A stretch of 64,000 nt of DNA from Candidatus Zixiibacteriota bacterium (GTDB lineage: Bacteria; Zixibacteria; MSB-5A5; WJJR01; JAJRUJ01), in NCBI GenBank assembly GCA_020051695.1, contig JAGVQM010000026.1:106329-170328 (forward strand). Direction: 5' to 3'. Below are positions 1 to 9,823 of the stretch, piece after piece. Made by a program: the position numbers and the translations under genes. Each line of letters starts with the position of its first letter. Positions within the stretch are counted from its first letter, which is position 1. The notes below the pieces were generated by a model, which had not been told where the DNA came from, did not search any database, and saw only the letters and a program-made list of their open reading frames with translations.

Positions 1-776
1 AGGATTGTCGTTTTGAGCATCTCCTGGTCGACCGTCGAATCAAGCTCGCCGCGGATAACGTTCTCGGTCAAGTCGCGGTTCAGGCGAAATTCTTTCTGGA
101 TCGTATCAAAAATGGCCCGTCCGCCCGAGGAAACATCACGGGTCGAATGGAACAAGCCGTCTTTCAGGAATATCACATTCGTCGTGTCGAAACCGATGTT
201 GACCAGCGCGGTGATCCGGTCGGGATCGGGGTCGTAGTTGGCCTCGTAGGCGTTATATACGGCAAATGCATCCGTATCGACCACCACCGGAGTCAGTCCG
301 GCATCGGTGACTAAATTCAAGTATTCGGTCATGTACTCCCGGCGCGCGGCGACCAGCAGGACTTCCATTTTGCGCCGTTCATCATCCTCGCGCAAAATAT
401 GGTATGCCATCGACACGTCATCGACATCAAACGGACTCCGCTGTTCGGCTTCGAACAAGATGGCCTGTTCGGCCTCGGCGCCCGATTTCTGATCGATTTC
501 GAATTTGTCGGTGATCACCGCATGTCCGGCGACGGAGACGACAACTTCCCGCGTTTTTGGATCGCAGGCATCCACGAGACTCTGAATATTTAATATGATG
601 GCCTCGCGGTCTTTGATTTCTTCAGCGACCAGCGCCTCCGGCGGCAATTCTCTGGTGCCTGCCGCAGTGAGCGCATAGCCATCGGCCCGAGTTTCGAGGC
701 GGATGAATTTGATCGATGAAGCGCCGATATCCAAACCGGCCATGGATTTCGTTTGACGACGAAAGGGAATATTCAT
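1..776 (-). CDS. pilM: type IV pilus assembly protein PilM (actin-like ATPase); partial, C-terminus lies beyond the left edge
   Basis: The ORF is missing from the supplied track because it runs off the edge. My minus-strand translation from ATG at 774-776 reads MNIPFRRQTKSMAGLDIGASSIKFIRLE...VVSVAGHAVITDKF...LLVAARREYMTEYLNLVTDAGLTPVVVDTDAFAV.NAY...ALVNIGFDTTNV. This is the typical PilM/FtsA-like pattern, and the frame stays open to position 3. Confidence 0.75.
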   Translation of the reverse strand, partial: MNIPFRRQTKSMAGLDIGASSIKFIRLETRADGYALTAAGTRELPPEALVAEEIKDREAIILNIQSLVDACDPKTREVVVSVAGHAVITDKFEIDQKSGAEAEQAILFEAEQRSPFDVDDVSMAYHILREDDERRKMEVLLVAARREYMTEYLNLVTDAGLTPVVVDTDAFAVYNAYEANYDPDPDRITALVNIGFDTTNVIFLKDGLFHSTRDVSSGGRAIFDTIQKEFRLNRDLTENVIRGELDSTVDQEMLKTTI

Positions 777-991
777 TGTCTGGCCCGTTGGTTACAAAAA
801 ACCCCAAGTTAGGCGGGGGACCCAATACCTCCGCCGGAACCGCACCTGAGCGTCCGACCGCTCTTTTTAATTGTCGGTCATCTCAACCAAAAATTTTACT
901 GCGATTTCTCATTCGAATTATTTTCAGTGGCTTGCCGGCCGCATCCGTCAATGGCGTTTGTCCCCGGCCGCCCACCATAAATTCATGTAAC

Positions 992-2416
992 TCATAGTAT
1001 CCCATACTTTTTCATGCGGTCGCGCAGCGTATTTCGCGAGACACCCAGAACCTGCGCCGCTTGCACCTGATTGTTGTCTGCGGCATTCAGGGAACTGGTG
1101 ATTAACGCGCGTTCCAGCGCGGCGATCAGATCGGCATAGATATGACCTTCCGAACTAGCCACGATCCGGGAAAAAATGGGGTCGATCACCGAACCGAAAA
1201 GTTTATAATAATCTTTCTTGATCTGATCGTAATCCAATCCCGGGGAATCGGCATTGTCGGTGAATATCGGGAAATCGGTCAGACTCAACTGGTCTTCGCG
1301 GGACAAAACGACCGCGGTATGAATCGCATTTTCCAATTCGCGGACGTTGCCCGGCCAGGGATAACGGAGCAGGGCATCCCGCACATTCGGCGCTGGTTCC
1401 TTGACCGGTTTGTGCGCCTCGCGCGAGAATTTTTCGATAAAATATTCGGCCAACAACGGGATATCCGCGCGGCGTTCCCGCAGTGGAGGCAGGTGAATTG
1501 TCACCACTTTCAACCGGTAAAACAAATCGACGCGAAAGGACCCATCTTTCATCGAATCGACCAGAGATTTATTCGTTGCGGCGATGACCCGGACATTGAC
1601 ATGCACCGAATGCTGGCCGCCGACACGCTCAAATTGCTGTTCCTGCAAGACACGCAGCACCTTGCTTTGCGTCAGGAGCGTCATGTCGCCGATTTCATCA
1701 AGGAAAATCGTGCCCCCGTCACACTGCTCGAATTTGCCGAGTTTGCGGCTCAAGGCGCCGGTGAATGCCCCTTTTTCATGACCGAATAACTCCGATTCCA
1801 GCAGGGTTTCCGGCAGGGCAGCGCAGTTGACCGAAAGAAACGGCCCCTCATTGCGCAGAGAATTGCGATGGATCGCCCGCGCCACCAGCTCCTTGCCCGT
1901 ACCCGACTCCCCCAGGACCAGCACAGAAGCATCCGAGCGCGCGACTTGCCCGATCATTTTGGCGATTTCGACCATTTCTGGCGAACGGCCGACCAGCCGG
2001 TCCGGTTCGATGCGGACTTCATTGTATGGCGCCGCCGGACGGCGGCTGGCCGAGGTATGGCCGATAGCCCGCTCGACAATCTCCTGCAAAGTCTCCAGGC
2101 GGAAGGGCTTCGTCAAGTATTCATAGGCCCCCTCGCGCATGGCCTCGATGGCATTGTCTGTGGAGACCTGGCCGGAAATAATAATCACGGGAAGGTTTGG
2201 ATTGCCGTCTTTGATATTCTTAAGGAGATCAAGCCCCGAAGCGGACGGCAGATGGACATCCATCAGGACGATATCCGGACTGACCCGGGGCAGGACATCC
2301 AATACCCGATCGCCGTCGGACAACGTGTGAAACTTGTAATCCGCCGGATCGAAATAATTGGATACGGCCTGGGTGATCTCCGGGTCGTCATCGACCAGAA
2401 GGATGTGTTTTTGCAC
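992..2416 (-). CDS. sigma54-dependent response regulator (NtrC family: REC + AAA+ + Fis-type HTH)
   Basis: 474-aa ORF. Receiver domain (LLVDDDPE..., DIVLMDVHLP). Sigma54-interaction module (GESGTGKELVARAIH, ESELFGHEKGAFTGA). C-terminal HTH (AAQVLGVSRNTLRDRMKKYGI). GTG start preceded by GGAGG. Confidence 0.9.
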   Translation of the reverse strand: MQKHILLVDDDPEITQAVSNYFDPADYKFHTLSDGDRVLDVLPRVSPDIVLMDVHLPSASGLDLLKNIKDGNPNLPVIIISGQVSTDNAIEAMREGAYEYLTKPFRLETLQEIVERAIGHTSASRRPAAPYNEVRIEPDRLVGRSPEMVEIAKMIGQVARSDASVLVLGESGTGKELVARAIHRNSLRNEGPFLSVNCAALPETLLESELFGHEKGAFTGALSRKLGKFEQCDGGTIFLDEIGDMTLLTQSKVLRVLQEQQFERVGGQHSVHVNVRVIAATNKSLVDSMKDGSFRVDLFYRLKVVTIHLPPLRERRADIPLLAEYFIEKFSREAHKPVKEPAPNVRDALLRYPWPGNVRELENAIHTAVVLSREDQLSLTDFPIFTDNADSPGLDYDQIKKDYYKLFGSVIDPIFSRIVASSEGHIYADLIAALERALITSSLNAADNNQVQAAQVLGVSRNTLRDRMKKYGIL

Positions 2417-2574
2417 TAATGTCCTCCGCTAAATAAATCGGCCCCATTGTTAGCATCGGCCGGGGTTGTCCAAAACTTGAACAGCAGCAACCAGGTTATC
2501 CAGGCCGGCGAAGCCCTGTGACGACGGCCATTGCCGGCGGGAAGCGCGGTCACCGAAGGCGAAAAAGTGAGCAG

Positions 2575-3942
2575 TTAATCAGCGGGTTTGTTTAAACCGA
2601 CTTTGTCGAGCAGATAATAGAGTGTGGTGCGGGACGTTCCCAGCAGCTTGGCCGCTTTGGAAACATTGCCGCCGGCCAGTGCCATGGCTTTGGCGATGGT
2701 TTCCCGCTCTACACGTTCACGAGCAGCATTTAGATCCAGTGTTTCGCCGCCGGCGGCCAGGTCGGCTTTTTTCAGACCGAGGTCATCCGGCTCGATTTTC
2801 GGGCCATGCGATAAAATGACTGCGCGCTTGATCCGGTTTTCCAGTTCGCGCACATTGCCCGGCCAGGAGTGGGCCAGCATCGCCGAGTTCGCCCGAGCGG
2901 AAAACGAGAGGCGCCGTTTGTTGTTCTCCTCGCCGAACAACCGGAGGAAATATTCGGCCAAAAGCTGCCGGTCATCCTCGCGGTCTTTGAGGTCGGGCAG
3001 GTGGATATTGATCACGGACAGCCGGTAAAACAAATCTTCCCGGAAACGCCGGTCGGCGACCGCTGTTTCCAGATTGGAATTGGTCGCTGCCAGCACTCGG
3101 ACATCCAATTCGATTAGCTTAGTCGAGCCGACCCGCTCAACAATGTGGTCCTGTAAAAAGCGCAGGAGTTTCACCTGCAATTTACCCGACAGGTCGCCGA
3201 TTTCATCGAGGAATACGGTGCCCCGATTGGCCACCTCAAATTTGCCGTCCTTTTTAAACTGCGCACCGGTAAACGCGCCCTTTTCATGACCGAACAGTTC
3301 CGTTTCCAGCAGCTCTTCGGGAATCGCCCCGCAATTGATGGCTACAAACGGCCGGCTGCGCCGGTTGCTCTTGTCGTGGATTGCCCGGGCCGCCAGTTCT
3401 TTGCCGGTCCCCGATGAACCGGTAATCAATACTGTATAATCAGTCGTCGCCACGGTTTCGATCAGACGAAAGACTTCCCGCATCGGCGGCGAATCCCCCA
3501 ACATCGCCCCCAGAGCGTATTTCTGTCCGAGCAAATCATGGATGGACCGGTTTTCTCGTTCCAGTTTCTGGATATACAGCGCCCGGCGGATGATGGTGCG
3601 GAGCTCTTCCAGATTGATCGGTTTCTGGTAAAAATCCACAACACCGCGCTCCACGGCTTCGAGCGCATGTGTCTTGTCGGTGGAACCGGTGACCATGATT
3701 ACTTTGCGATAGGCATCCGATTCGGTGAGCTGGGGCAGGATATCCATCCCGCTAGGTTCGGTTTCGCGGTCAGACAGCGTGATATCCAGCAGGACCAGGT
3801 CGGGCGATTCTTTGCCGCAGGCCTCGAGGGCCGCCCGGGCCGAACCGACACTCACCACGCGATACTCGGCTTCGAGTGCCCAGTGCAGTTGGTCGCGGAT
3901 ACCCTCGTCATCGTCAACGATTAGAATTGCATCCTGAGCCAT
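2575..3942 (-). CDS. prsR: sigma54-dependent response regulator, PrsR-like (PEP-CTERM-box type, tentative subfamily)
   Basis: REC (ILIVDDDEGIRDQLHWALEAEYRV), AAA+ (GSSGTGKELAARAIH, ETELFGHEKGAFTGA) and HTH (AAKLLGTSRTTLYYLLDK). It lies immediately downstream of a PrsK-type kinase. The track start at 3984 is a TTG with no spacing from its GGGAG, so I prefer ATG at 3942 (MAQDAILIV). Confidence 0.7.
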   Translation of the reverse strand: MAQDAILIVDDDEGIRDQLHWALEAEYRVVSVGSARAALEACGKESPDLVLLDITLSDRETEPSGMDILPQLTESDAYRKVIMVTGSTDKTHALEAVERGVVDFYQKPINLEELRTIIRRALYIQKLERENRSIHDLLGQKYALGAMLGDSPPMREVFRLIETVATTDYTVLITGSSGTGKELAARAIHDKSNRRSRPFVAINCGAIPEELLETELFGHEKGAFTGAQFKKDGKFEVANRGTVFLDEIGDLSGKLQVKLLRFLQDHIVERVGSTKLIELDVRVLAATNSNLETAVADRRFREDLFYRLSVINIHLPDLKDREDDRQLLAEYFLRLFGEENNKRRLSFSARANSAMLAHSWPGNVRELENRIKRAVILSHGPKIEPDDLGLKKADLAAGGETLDLNAARERVERETIAKAMALAGGNVSKAAKLLGTSRTTLYYLLDKVGLNKPAD

Positions 3943-4022
3943 ATTGCTCGCATTCCCGGCGTCTGTTCCGCCGAAACCATCCAACTCCCGACCGGATATT
4001 GATCGGCTGCGTTGTATTCACA

Positions 4023-6188
4023 TTATATAGGATCGTCCGGCGCGGTCAATTGCTCTTTGGTCGCCGCACTTTTTTCGACAGTCGTGCCGGCCGCCCGCCA
4101 GGACACTTCAAACGTCGTACCTTTGCCCGGTTCACTTTCGAATTGGACTCGGCCCCCGTCACATTCCACCATTTCGCGGACCTGATACATGCCGATGCCC
4201 AGCCCTTTCTTTTTTGTCGATTCAAACGGTTTGAACAGCCGGGTGCTGGCAAACTCGCGGGTCATCCCGCAGCCGGTATCACTGATTTTCATCCAGACCC
4301 ACTGCGCGCTGCCGTCCTTACGTACTCCGGTGGCAACCTCGAGCCGCCCCCGCTCGTTCATCGCCTCTACCGCGTTGATCAACAGGTTTTCGATTGTGCG
4401 CTGCAAGTGCAGCGGGTCGCCCATCGCGGCGGGGATGTCGCCCGGACTGAAGCAGTAGTCTATCTGCGCGTGGGACGGCAGCCCGGCCCGCTCGGCGACA
4501 CTGGTAATTAGCCGATTAAGATCATTCGGGCGTGATTCGGGGCGCAACCGGTCCCTCCCCCCCGAGATTTTGCCGATCAGGCGTTCCATTCCGACAACCG
4601 CCTCACTGATTGTCTTTAATGCGGATTGCTGAAATACCGGGTCGGCGATATGCCGTTTGGCATTTTGCAAAAGCAGCGACAGCATCGAAATCGAGTTTTT
4701 TAAATCGTGCACGACAAACGTCGATACCCGATTGAATGACTCCATCTCCCGCCGTGCCATCAATTCTTCAGAGACCTGGCCGGTCAGAACGGCAAAGGCC
4801 ACCGGTCCGGACATCGCGGATAAAAACTCGAAATCATCATCGTCATAGTCAACGCGGTCGCGCCGGTCGCCCAACAGCGCAAAACCAAGGAACCGCCGCC
4901 GGGCCAGCAACGGCACGGCGATGCGGCCCTGTAATTCCTGCTCCAGCGCAAGCAGGAACCTGCGTTCTTCTGCCGCCGCCGTCCCTGCCGTCCACGTGGT
5001 CAAAAACGCCGGTTCGCCCAGCCGCCAGAGCCAATCGCTCGCCTCTCCGCCCTCCGGCAGTGATGCGGCAAACTCGTGACCGAAGGGGTAATATAGGCCG
5101 AATCGTCCTCCGCCAGGGACCGGCAAAAAGATGTAAACCCGCGCCGAGAAGGCCTCCTGCAAAAATCCCGCAACCGTCTTGACCAGTGACGGCAAATCGA
5201 GCACACCGGAGATTTCCTCGGTGATCCTGGTCCATTCCGCAGCAAAATCGACGCGGCTTTTATAAACGTGACGGTCAATGAAGCGCCGCAGGCGACGGCC
5301 CATCGAGGGCATGGCGATTAAGGCCGACAGCAGCGCCACGGCCAGAAATGCGGCCAAAACGGAAATGTACGTTTCGACATCACCGCCCGCCCAGCGGATA
5401 ATGATACCGACGATACCAAGAAACACCAAATAGGCGCCAAGGATAATGACCACTGCCGAGGTGTATGCGGCGCGCCTGGTCAACGACAACGGCACATGCG
5501 CCAGCGCCCTGTTCTGCAGGAATCGGTAAACCGCAAGCAACGACCCGGCCTGGACCAGGACCAGAGCGGGCAGCCACAAACCATGCAAACGCATCCAGAA
5601 AAAACCCTCGCCCGCGGTGAGCAGCCATAATGTAGTGGATAACGCCAGCCAAAACCGCACCCAGCGCATCATAGAGCGCGTTTGCCCGGTCGACCAGCGG
5701 TACACCCGCTCGAATTGCGACATCGCCCACGCGCCCAAAACCAGCAAAACGAAAAACGCCCAGCGCGCACCGGGGTCGACGAACCACACCCCGCCGCTAT
5801 ACACCGGCCGTGACACATATAAGTAGACGACCACGGCCAGTGTGGCGAAAACAGCCACGCCAAACATCCGGCGCGAGCCGGTAATTGATTCATCTGTCGC
5901 GCCGGTAACCCGGCGCCATAGCCGGCCCCAGATAACCGGCATCGCAGGCGCACAGACTAAGACCACTACTTCCCCCACAATGAATGTACGGGGGACAAAC
6001 GACAGACCCACTCCCAGTGATAATAGTGCAGTCGCCAGCCAAACCGGCGTCACCAGACGGCAGGTTTCAATGTCCGACGTATCGGCGCCGCCGCGCCGGC
6101 ACCGCACAGCAACCCATAAGGAGAGTGTGAATGACAACCCGGCGAAGACCAGGCCGGTCAAATGCAATGCGGGCACCATGACATCCAC
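4023..6188 (-). CDS. prsK: polytopic membrane GAF-domain sensor histidine kinase, PrsK-like (putative PEP-CTERM-system kinase architecture)
   Basis: 721 aa. About 300 aa of repeated hydrophobic helices, then a GAF-like middle region. HisKA (FVVHDLKNSISMLSLLLQNAKRHIADPVFQQ) and HATPase (ISDTGCGM...KKGLGIGMYQVRE). Confidence 0.7.
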   Translation of the reverse strand: MDVMVPALHLTGLVFAGLSFTLSLWVAVRCRRGGADTSDIETCRLVTPVWLATALLSLGVGLSFVPRTFIVGEVVVLVCAPAMPVIWGRLWRRVTGATDESITGSRRMFGVAVFATLAVVVYLYVSRPVYSGGVWFVDPGARWAFFVLLVLGAWAMSQFERVYRWSTGQTRSMMRWVRFWLALSTTLWLLTAGEGFFWMRLHGLWLPALVLVQAGSLLAVYRFLQNRALAHVPLSLTRRAAYTSAVVIILGAYLVFLGIVGIIIRWAGGDVETYISVLAAFLAVALLSALIAMPSMGRRLRRFIDRHVYKSRVDFAAEWTRITEEISGVLDLPSLVKTVAGFLQEAFSARVYIFLPVPGGGRFGLYYPFGHEFAASLPEGGEASDWLWRLGEPAFLTTWTAGTAAAEERRFLLALEQELQGRIAVPLLARRRFLGFALLGDRRDRVDYDDDDFEFLSAMSGPVAFAVLTGQVSEELMARREMESFNRVSTFVVHDLKNSISMLSLLLQNAKRHIADPVFQQSALKTISEAVVGMERLIGKISGGRDRLRPESRPNDLNRLITSVAERAGLPSHAQIDYCFSPGDIPAAMGDPLHLQRTIENLLINAVEAMNERGRLEVATGVRKDGSAQWVWMKISDTGCGMTREFASTRLFKPFESTKKKGLGIGMYQVREMVECDGGRVQFESEPGKGTTFEVSWRAAGTTVEKSAATKEQLTAPDDPI

Positions 6189-6200
6189 CCTGGGAGTGCC

Positions 6201-7052
6201 CTACTCCCGGTCCGGTTCGCTGAGGTAGTAATGGGTTACCGACCCGCACGTGATAATATTGGCGACAAACTGCGAGATAATGACCAGGATCAGGGCAAAG
6301 ATAATGGTTTCGGGGCGAAATTGGCGCGCGAGGTCGGCCGAATTGGCCGAGATCAGCGAAAACGGGATCGTCAGTGCATAAGGTATGCCCAACAAGAAGA
6401 ATGTAGCCAGGGGACGCCGCAGACAGCGGCGCACGCTGATCTTGATCGCTTGCAGCAAACCCGCACGTTCCAGGACCAGCACCACGGTGGTGTAGGCCCA
6501 CAACGACATGAAGGCCACGACAATCACGCGCGACAGCAAATCGATGAAAATATCCCGTCGCGGACTGCCGTATGTCCAATCGGCAAAAAACTCCGGGAAT
6601 CGTGAAAGCGCAAAGAACACAATGGCGGTTGAGACCAGCCAGATCACAAACAGGGACAGATATTTTTTGCGCGTGATCCCCACAAAACTTTCAGGGCCGG
6701 CCCAACGGCCGGTGAATTTCCGGGCAAACGCCGCAGTGGCCAGAGCATATGCCGCAATACCGAAAAATCCATAAAGCAAAATGGTCAACCGAAAGAACAT
6801 ATAGGGCAAGGCCACCAGATGCGCCGGGTAATGGCCGACCAGTGGGCCGAACCAGGAGCGCAATAATGCGATCGGCCAGCCGCCAAACGCCGGCGAGGGC
6901 GCGATGACCAGCAGCCATAATAATGCTCCCTGGAGCAGCGCCAAGATCAGAAAAGTCCCCCACACCCACGGCGCAAACATCGCCTTGAGCGTGGCCAGCC
7001 AGGCGGCAAAAAATCGATTCAATGATTCAAGCATTTGACATCCTCGCTCCAT
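6201..7052 (-). CDS. multi-pass inner-membrane protein of unknown function
   Basis: 283-aa ORF with 6-7 long hydrophobic segments. It sits 12 nt upstream of the kinase gene and 12 nt downstream of the FN3 lipoprotein gene on the same strand. I recognise no family motif. Confidence 0.55.
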   Translation of the reverse strand: MERGCQMLESLNRFFAAWLATLKAMFAPWVWGTFLILALLQGALLWLLVIAPSPAFGGWPIALLRSWFGPLVGHYPAHLVALPYMFFRLTILLYGFFGIAAYALATAAFARKFTGRWAGPESFVGITRKKYLSLFVIWLVSTAIVFFALSRFPEFFADWTYGSPRRDIFIDLLSRVIVVAFMSLWAYTTVVLVLERAGLLQAIKISVRRCLRRPLATFFLLGIPYALTIPFSLISANSADLARQFRPETIIFALILVIISQFVANIITCGSVTHYYLSEPDRE

Positions 7053-7064
7053 GACCGGGTTGGA

Positions 7065-8915
7065 TCAGGGATTCGGGTCCCAGACCACCGGGCTGGAATC
7101 CACGGAAACGCCTTTCGTATCGAATACCGCTACCCAATAATAATATGTCTCGCTGGTAAAATCCCCGTTCCCGTCGACATATTGCGTCTCCGTCCGCGTG
7201 CTGATAATCCCGATCAAAATCGCACTGCTCCGCTGATTAGTCGACGAACGATACACGCGGTAGGACTCGAAGTTGGTGGCATCCGACGGCGTCCAGGAGA
7301 TCCGTACACTTGCCGAATCGGGGTCAACCGGCTGCGGTGTGGTCACCGTCACTGCCTGCAACCCGGTTCCGCTGGCCGCCCAACTGACGGTATTCGATTT
7401 GGTAAATACACCACTGCGGTCCCAGACTTCCACCCAGTACTGATAGGATTCATTCTCCAGATCCAGATTGTCATCGGTGTACTGGGTCTGAGTTCGCGTA
7501 CTGATAATGGAAATCAGTTTGGTCCCCGGCGAACGATAGAGCCGGTAGGAGGCGAAATCCTCTTCGGTTGAAGCCGTCCAGGTAATCCGCAACTGCGATG
7601 TCCCGACATCGGTCGGTTCGGAGACTATGACGGCCTGCGGGGCGGTGTTTTCATCGGTTCTGGCCGAGACCACGGGTGCGGCCGCCATCAAACCGGTTTG
7701 ATCGTACACCCACACACTGTAATAGTAGTTCGTTCCCGCAGTCAAGCCGGTGTCCGCGTATGTTGTCGCGGTCCGGGAACCGGTGGAAAAAACCATAGTC
7801 GAGTGGTTGTTTACCCCCGAGGTCGTCTCCCGGAACAGGCGGTAGTATTCAAAATCGTCGGCTTCGGATTGCGTCCAGGACACGCCGATCCGGGCCTCGG
7901 ATTCAGTAAAGGCAAATACAGTCACCGGATCGGGAGCGCGGCGCACGGTAAGCAGGCCCTGCGAGGAACGGTTTTCGGCGGTATTGCCCGCCCGGTCGGT
8001 GAACCGGCCCACTGCGGCTTGGGATTCAAAATCGGCGTCAAACGGCACTTCCCAGTTTCGGATATAAATGCCGTCGCCGCCGGTTCTATCGCCATGCGTG
8101 CCGTCATCATAACAATCGATGGAAAAACCGGCCACCTGTACCGAGGACTCGCCGTCGGTTTCACCGGCGGCTACCGACAGGACCACCGTATCGCCGGCAC
8201 TCAGCGGACCAGCCATTTCGCTGACTGTCACGGAATCAATTACCGCCCGCGTATCGAGGATAATATCATCGGAGACGATGTCCACCGACGTCGCCCCGGA
8301 AATGTCACGAAATTCAGCGTAAACTGTCTTTTCCCCGTCCCCGGAGGATACTTCCCAATTGCGTGTCGAGGAATACGGCAGCCACGGCCGGTCGCTCAAA
8401 TTGGAACTTGCGGAAAGTCGGACGGCGCTCACCGTTGCCGGCGCGGTCAAAGACAGACTCACCGCCCGGGATTTCGTGTATTGTTTATCGTTTTCAAGGG
8501 CAATGGAAAATACCCCGGCCTGACCCGAGATCTCCGGCGAACGGACACCCTCCAGCCCGTCGGCATTCACGGAGGCGACCTGATAGTAGTAGGTCACACC
8601 ATTGGACACGTTGCGATCAGTATATGTCGTGGCCGTGGTGGAATCGTACAGGCGTAATTCATCGACAGAATTGCCGACGCGATAGAGGCGATACTTCACG
8701 GCTTCGGCAGCACTTTCCCAGGACAAAATGATCTTGCGGTCTCCGATGCCGACGGTGACTCCCTCCGGCGTGGTCGGCGCTTTAAACTCAGGTTTGGTGG
8801 GCCGTTCTATCGTTCGCGAACAGGAAATCAGAAACAACAGCGATGCCGTCATCACCGACAGCCGGCGAAGCGTGCGATATATGGTTTGTTTCGAATAACG
8901 CATGTTTGGCCTCAT
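7065..8915 (-). CDS. exported lipoprotein with four fibronectin-type-III-like modules and central Ig-like region
   Basis: Signal peptide plus lipobox (LLFLISCS). Recurring FN3 signatures: KYRLYRV...YYYQVASVN, FEYYRLFRE...YYYSVWVYD, FASYRLYRS...YQYWVEVWD and FESYRVYRS...YYYWVAVFD. Confidence 0.75.
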   Translation of the reverse strand: MRPNMRYSKQTIYRTLRRLSVMTASLLFLISCSRTIERPTKPEFKAPTTPEGVTVGIGDRKIILSWESAAEAVKYRLYRVGNSVDELRLYDSTTATTYTDRNVSNGVTYYYQVASVNADGLEGVRSPEISGQAGVFSIALENDKQYTKSRAVSLSLTAPATVSAVRLSASSNLSDRPWLPYSSTRNWEVSSGDGEKTVYAEFRDISGATSVDIVSDDIILDTRAVIDSVTVSEMAGPLSAGDTVVLSVAAGETDGESSVQVAGFSIDCYDDGTHGDRTGGDGIYIRNWEVPFDADFESQAAVGRFTDRAGNTAENRSSQGLLTVRRAPDPVTVFAFTESEARIGVSWTQSEADDFEYYRLFRETTSGVNNHSTMVFSTGSRTATTYADTGLTAGTNYYYSVWVYDQTGLMAAAPVVSARTDENTAPQAVIVSEPTDVGTSQLRITWTASTEEDFASYRLYRSPGTKLISIISTRTQTQYTDDNLDLENESYQYWVEVWDRSGVFTKSNTVSWAASGTGLQAVTVTTPQPVDPDSASVRISWTPSDATNFESYRVYRSSTNQRSSAILIGIISTRTETQYVDGNGDFTSETYYYWVAVFDTKGVSVDSSPVVWDPNP

Positions 8916-8922
8916 TTTGCGC

Positions 8923-9639
8923 TTAAAACGTGAACGTGAAAGTCGCCCGCGAACCAGTGCCGTCCCGGGACGGTTGAATCGTCAACGGTACGCCGGTCAG
9001 CTTTTTCTCCTCCGGGAAAAAGATCAGCGCATCCAGGACATTTATTGCCCAGACACCGGCCACGATACCCCAGGTCAGCCGCCGGTCGGATTCGGCCTCA
9101 TATGCGCGGTCCTGCAGCTCGTACACCTCGTCCTGCAGCAATTCTTTTTCCGTCACGGTCTCGGCCCGGTCAAAGCGCTCCAGCCCGTCTTCCCAGTCTC
9201 CCTTTCGGTCCCGATAGCGGACCTCGTATACGCCCGCAACAATGCCGGAGGTCGCCAGGGCCACACCCCATAAGGCGCTGCGCGATTTCTCCCCGGCATA
9301 ATATTGTCCCCATCCCGGGATGACCAGGGAGCGCAACGCCGCTTTGGCACGGGTGCGCGGGGACAATTCGATGGTGAGTTTTTGCAGCGAACCGGGAGAG
9401 AAAACCACCTGCTGGGTCCAGGTCTCGTATCCCGGACGGGTGGCGCTGACCAGATAAGTACCCCGGAGTTGTTCGGTGATGGTCGCGGGCGTGGTGGTGA
9501 CCAGTTCGATGTCGCCCAGAATATGCACCGTGCAACCGGACGGCCGCGACGCGATTGTTACTCCCCCGCTCTCGGTCTGGGCATAAGCCGCAGAGGCGAG
9601 CAGGATCCACAGGACAGTTAACCGAAAGATAAGGTGCAC
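8923..9639 (-). CDS. PEGA-domain envelope protein with PGWGQ-motif membrane segment
   Basis: Signal peptide (LTVLWILLASAAYAQ). PEGA-like beta-sandwich (VTIASRPSGCTVHILGDIELVTTTPATI...YLVSATRPGYETW). LVIPGWGQYYAGEK followed by a hydrophobic helix. C-terminal TFTFTF. The track start at 9747 adds a basic 36-aa leader; GTG at 9639 has AAGGGA 8 nt upstream. Confidence 0.6.
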   Translation of the reverse strand: MHLIFRLTVLWILLASAAYAQTESGGVTIASRPSGCTVHILGDIELVTTTPATITEQLRGTYLVSATRPGYETWTQQVVFSPGSLQKLTIELSPRTRAKAALRSLVIPGWGQYYAGEKSRSALWGVALATSGIVAGVYEVRYRDRKGDWEDGLERFDRAETVTEKELLQDEVYELQDRAYEAESDRRLTWGIVAGVWAINVLDALIFFPEEKKLTGVPLTIQPSRDGTGSRATFTFTF

Positions 9640-9823
9640 GCGAATTCCCTTTCGCTTGGCAGTTTTCGTTTTGTATGCTGCGGCCCCCAGCCGCTTTTCT
9701 TTTCGGTAAAATAGCGCTCCGCGTCCACCGCGCAAGATTTTTTCCATTAATAAGACGCCGGGGAATTGCCGGAAGCAGGAATAGAGAAACCGGGAAAAAC
9801 CAATCCGAACAGGTAATTACGGC

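Noticed and set aside
13-825. Several short ORFs at the left edge (13-237+, 307-492+, 399-593+, 622-825-)
   Set aside because: All overlap the edge-truncated pilM reading frame, which has a clear family signature.
2485-2503. Sigma54-like element on the minus strand (CTGGATAACCTGGTTGCTG) upstream of the first regulator gene; a similar TGGCATTAATGC at 11183-11194
   Set aside because: The GG-to-GC spacing is one nucleotide too long in the first case and about three too short in the second. The -24 region also deviates from TGGCAC. Neither is good enough to call.
6201-7052. The 283-aa polytopic protein next to the PrsK-like kinase as a hidden exosortase
   Set aside because: Its size and TM count are compatible with an exosortase. 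However, its only candidate Cys motif (ITCGS) sits at the extreme C-terminus rather than mid-protein. I cannot find the conserved Arg/His motifs expected of exosortases.
7050-7067. The TGA stop of the FN3 lipoprotein gene is in frame with the ATG of the next gene, raising the idea of Sec insertion or read-through in a Sec-using organism
   Set aside because: In-frame placement has a 1-in-3 chance expectation. I see no SECIS-like hairpin within about 40 nt after the TGA. A lipoprotein fused to a polytopic membrane protein makes little topological sense.
7698-8657. 319-aa plus-strand ORF; similar long antisense ORFs occur at 22635-23450, 26560-27288, 41157-41924, 43771-44517 and 52895-53734
   Set aside because: Each lies opposite a gene with strong family motifs and has Arg/Gly/His-rich nonsense-like composition. 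I treat them as shadow ORFs of high-GC genes.
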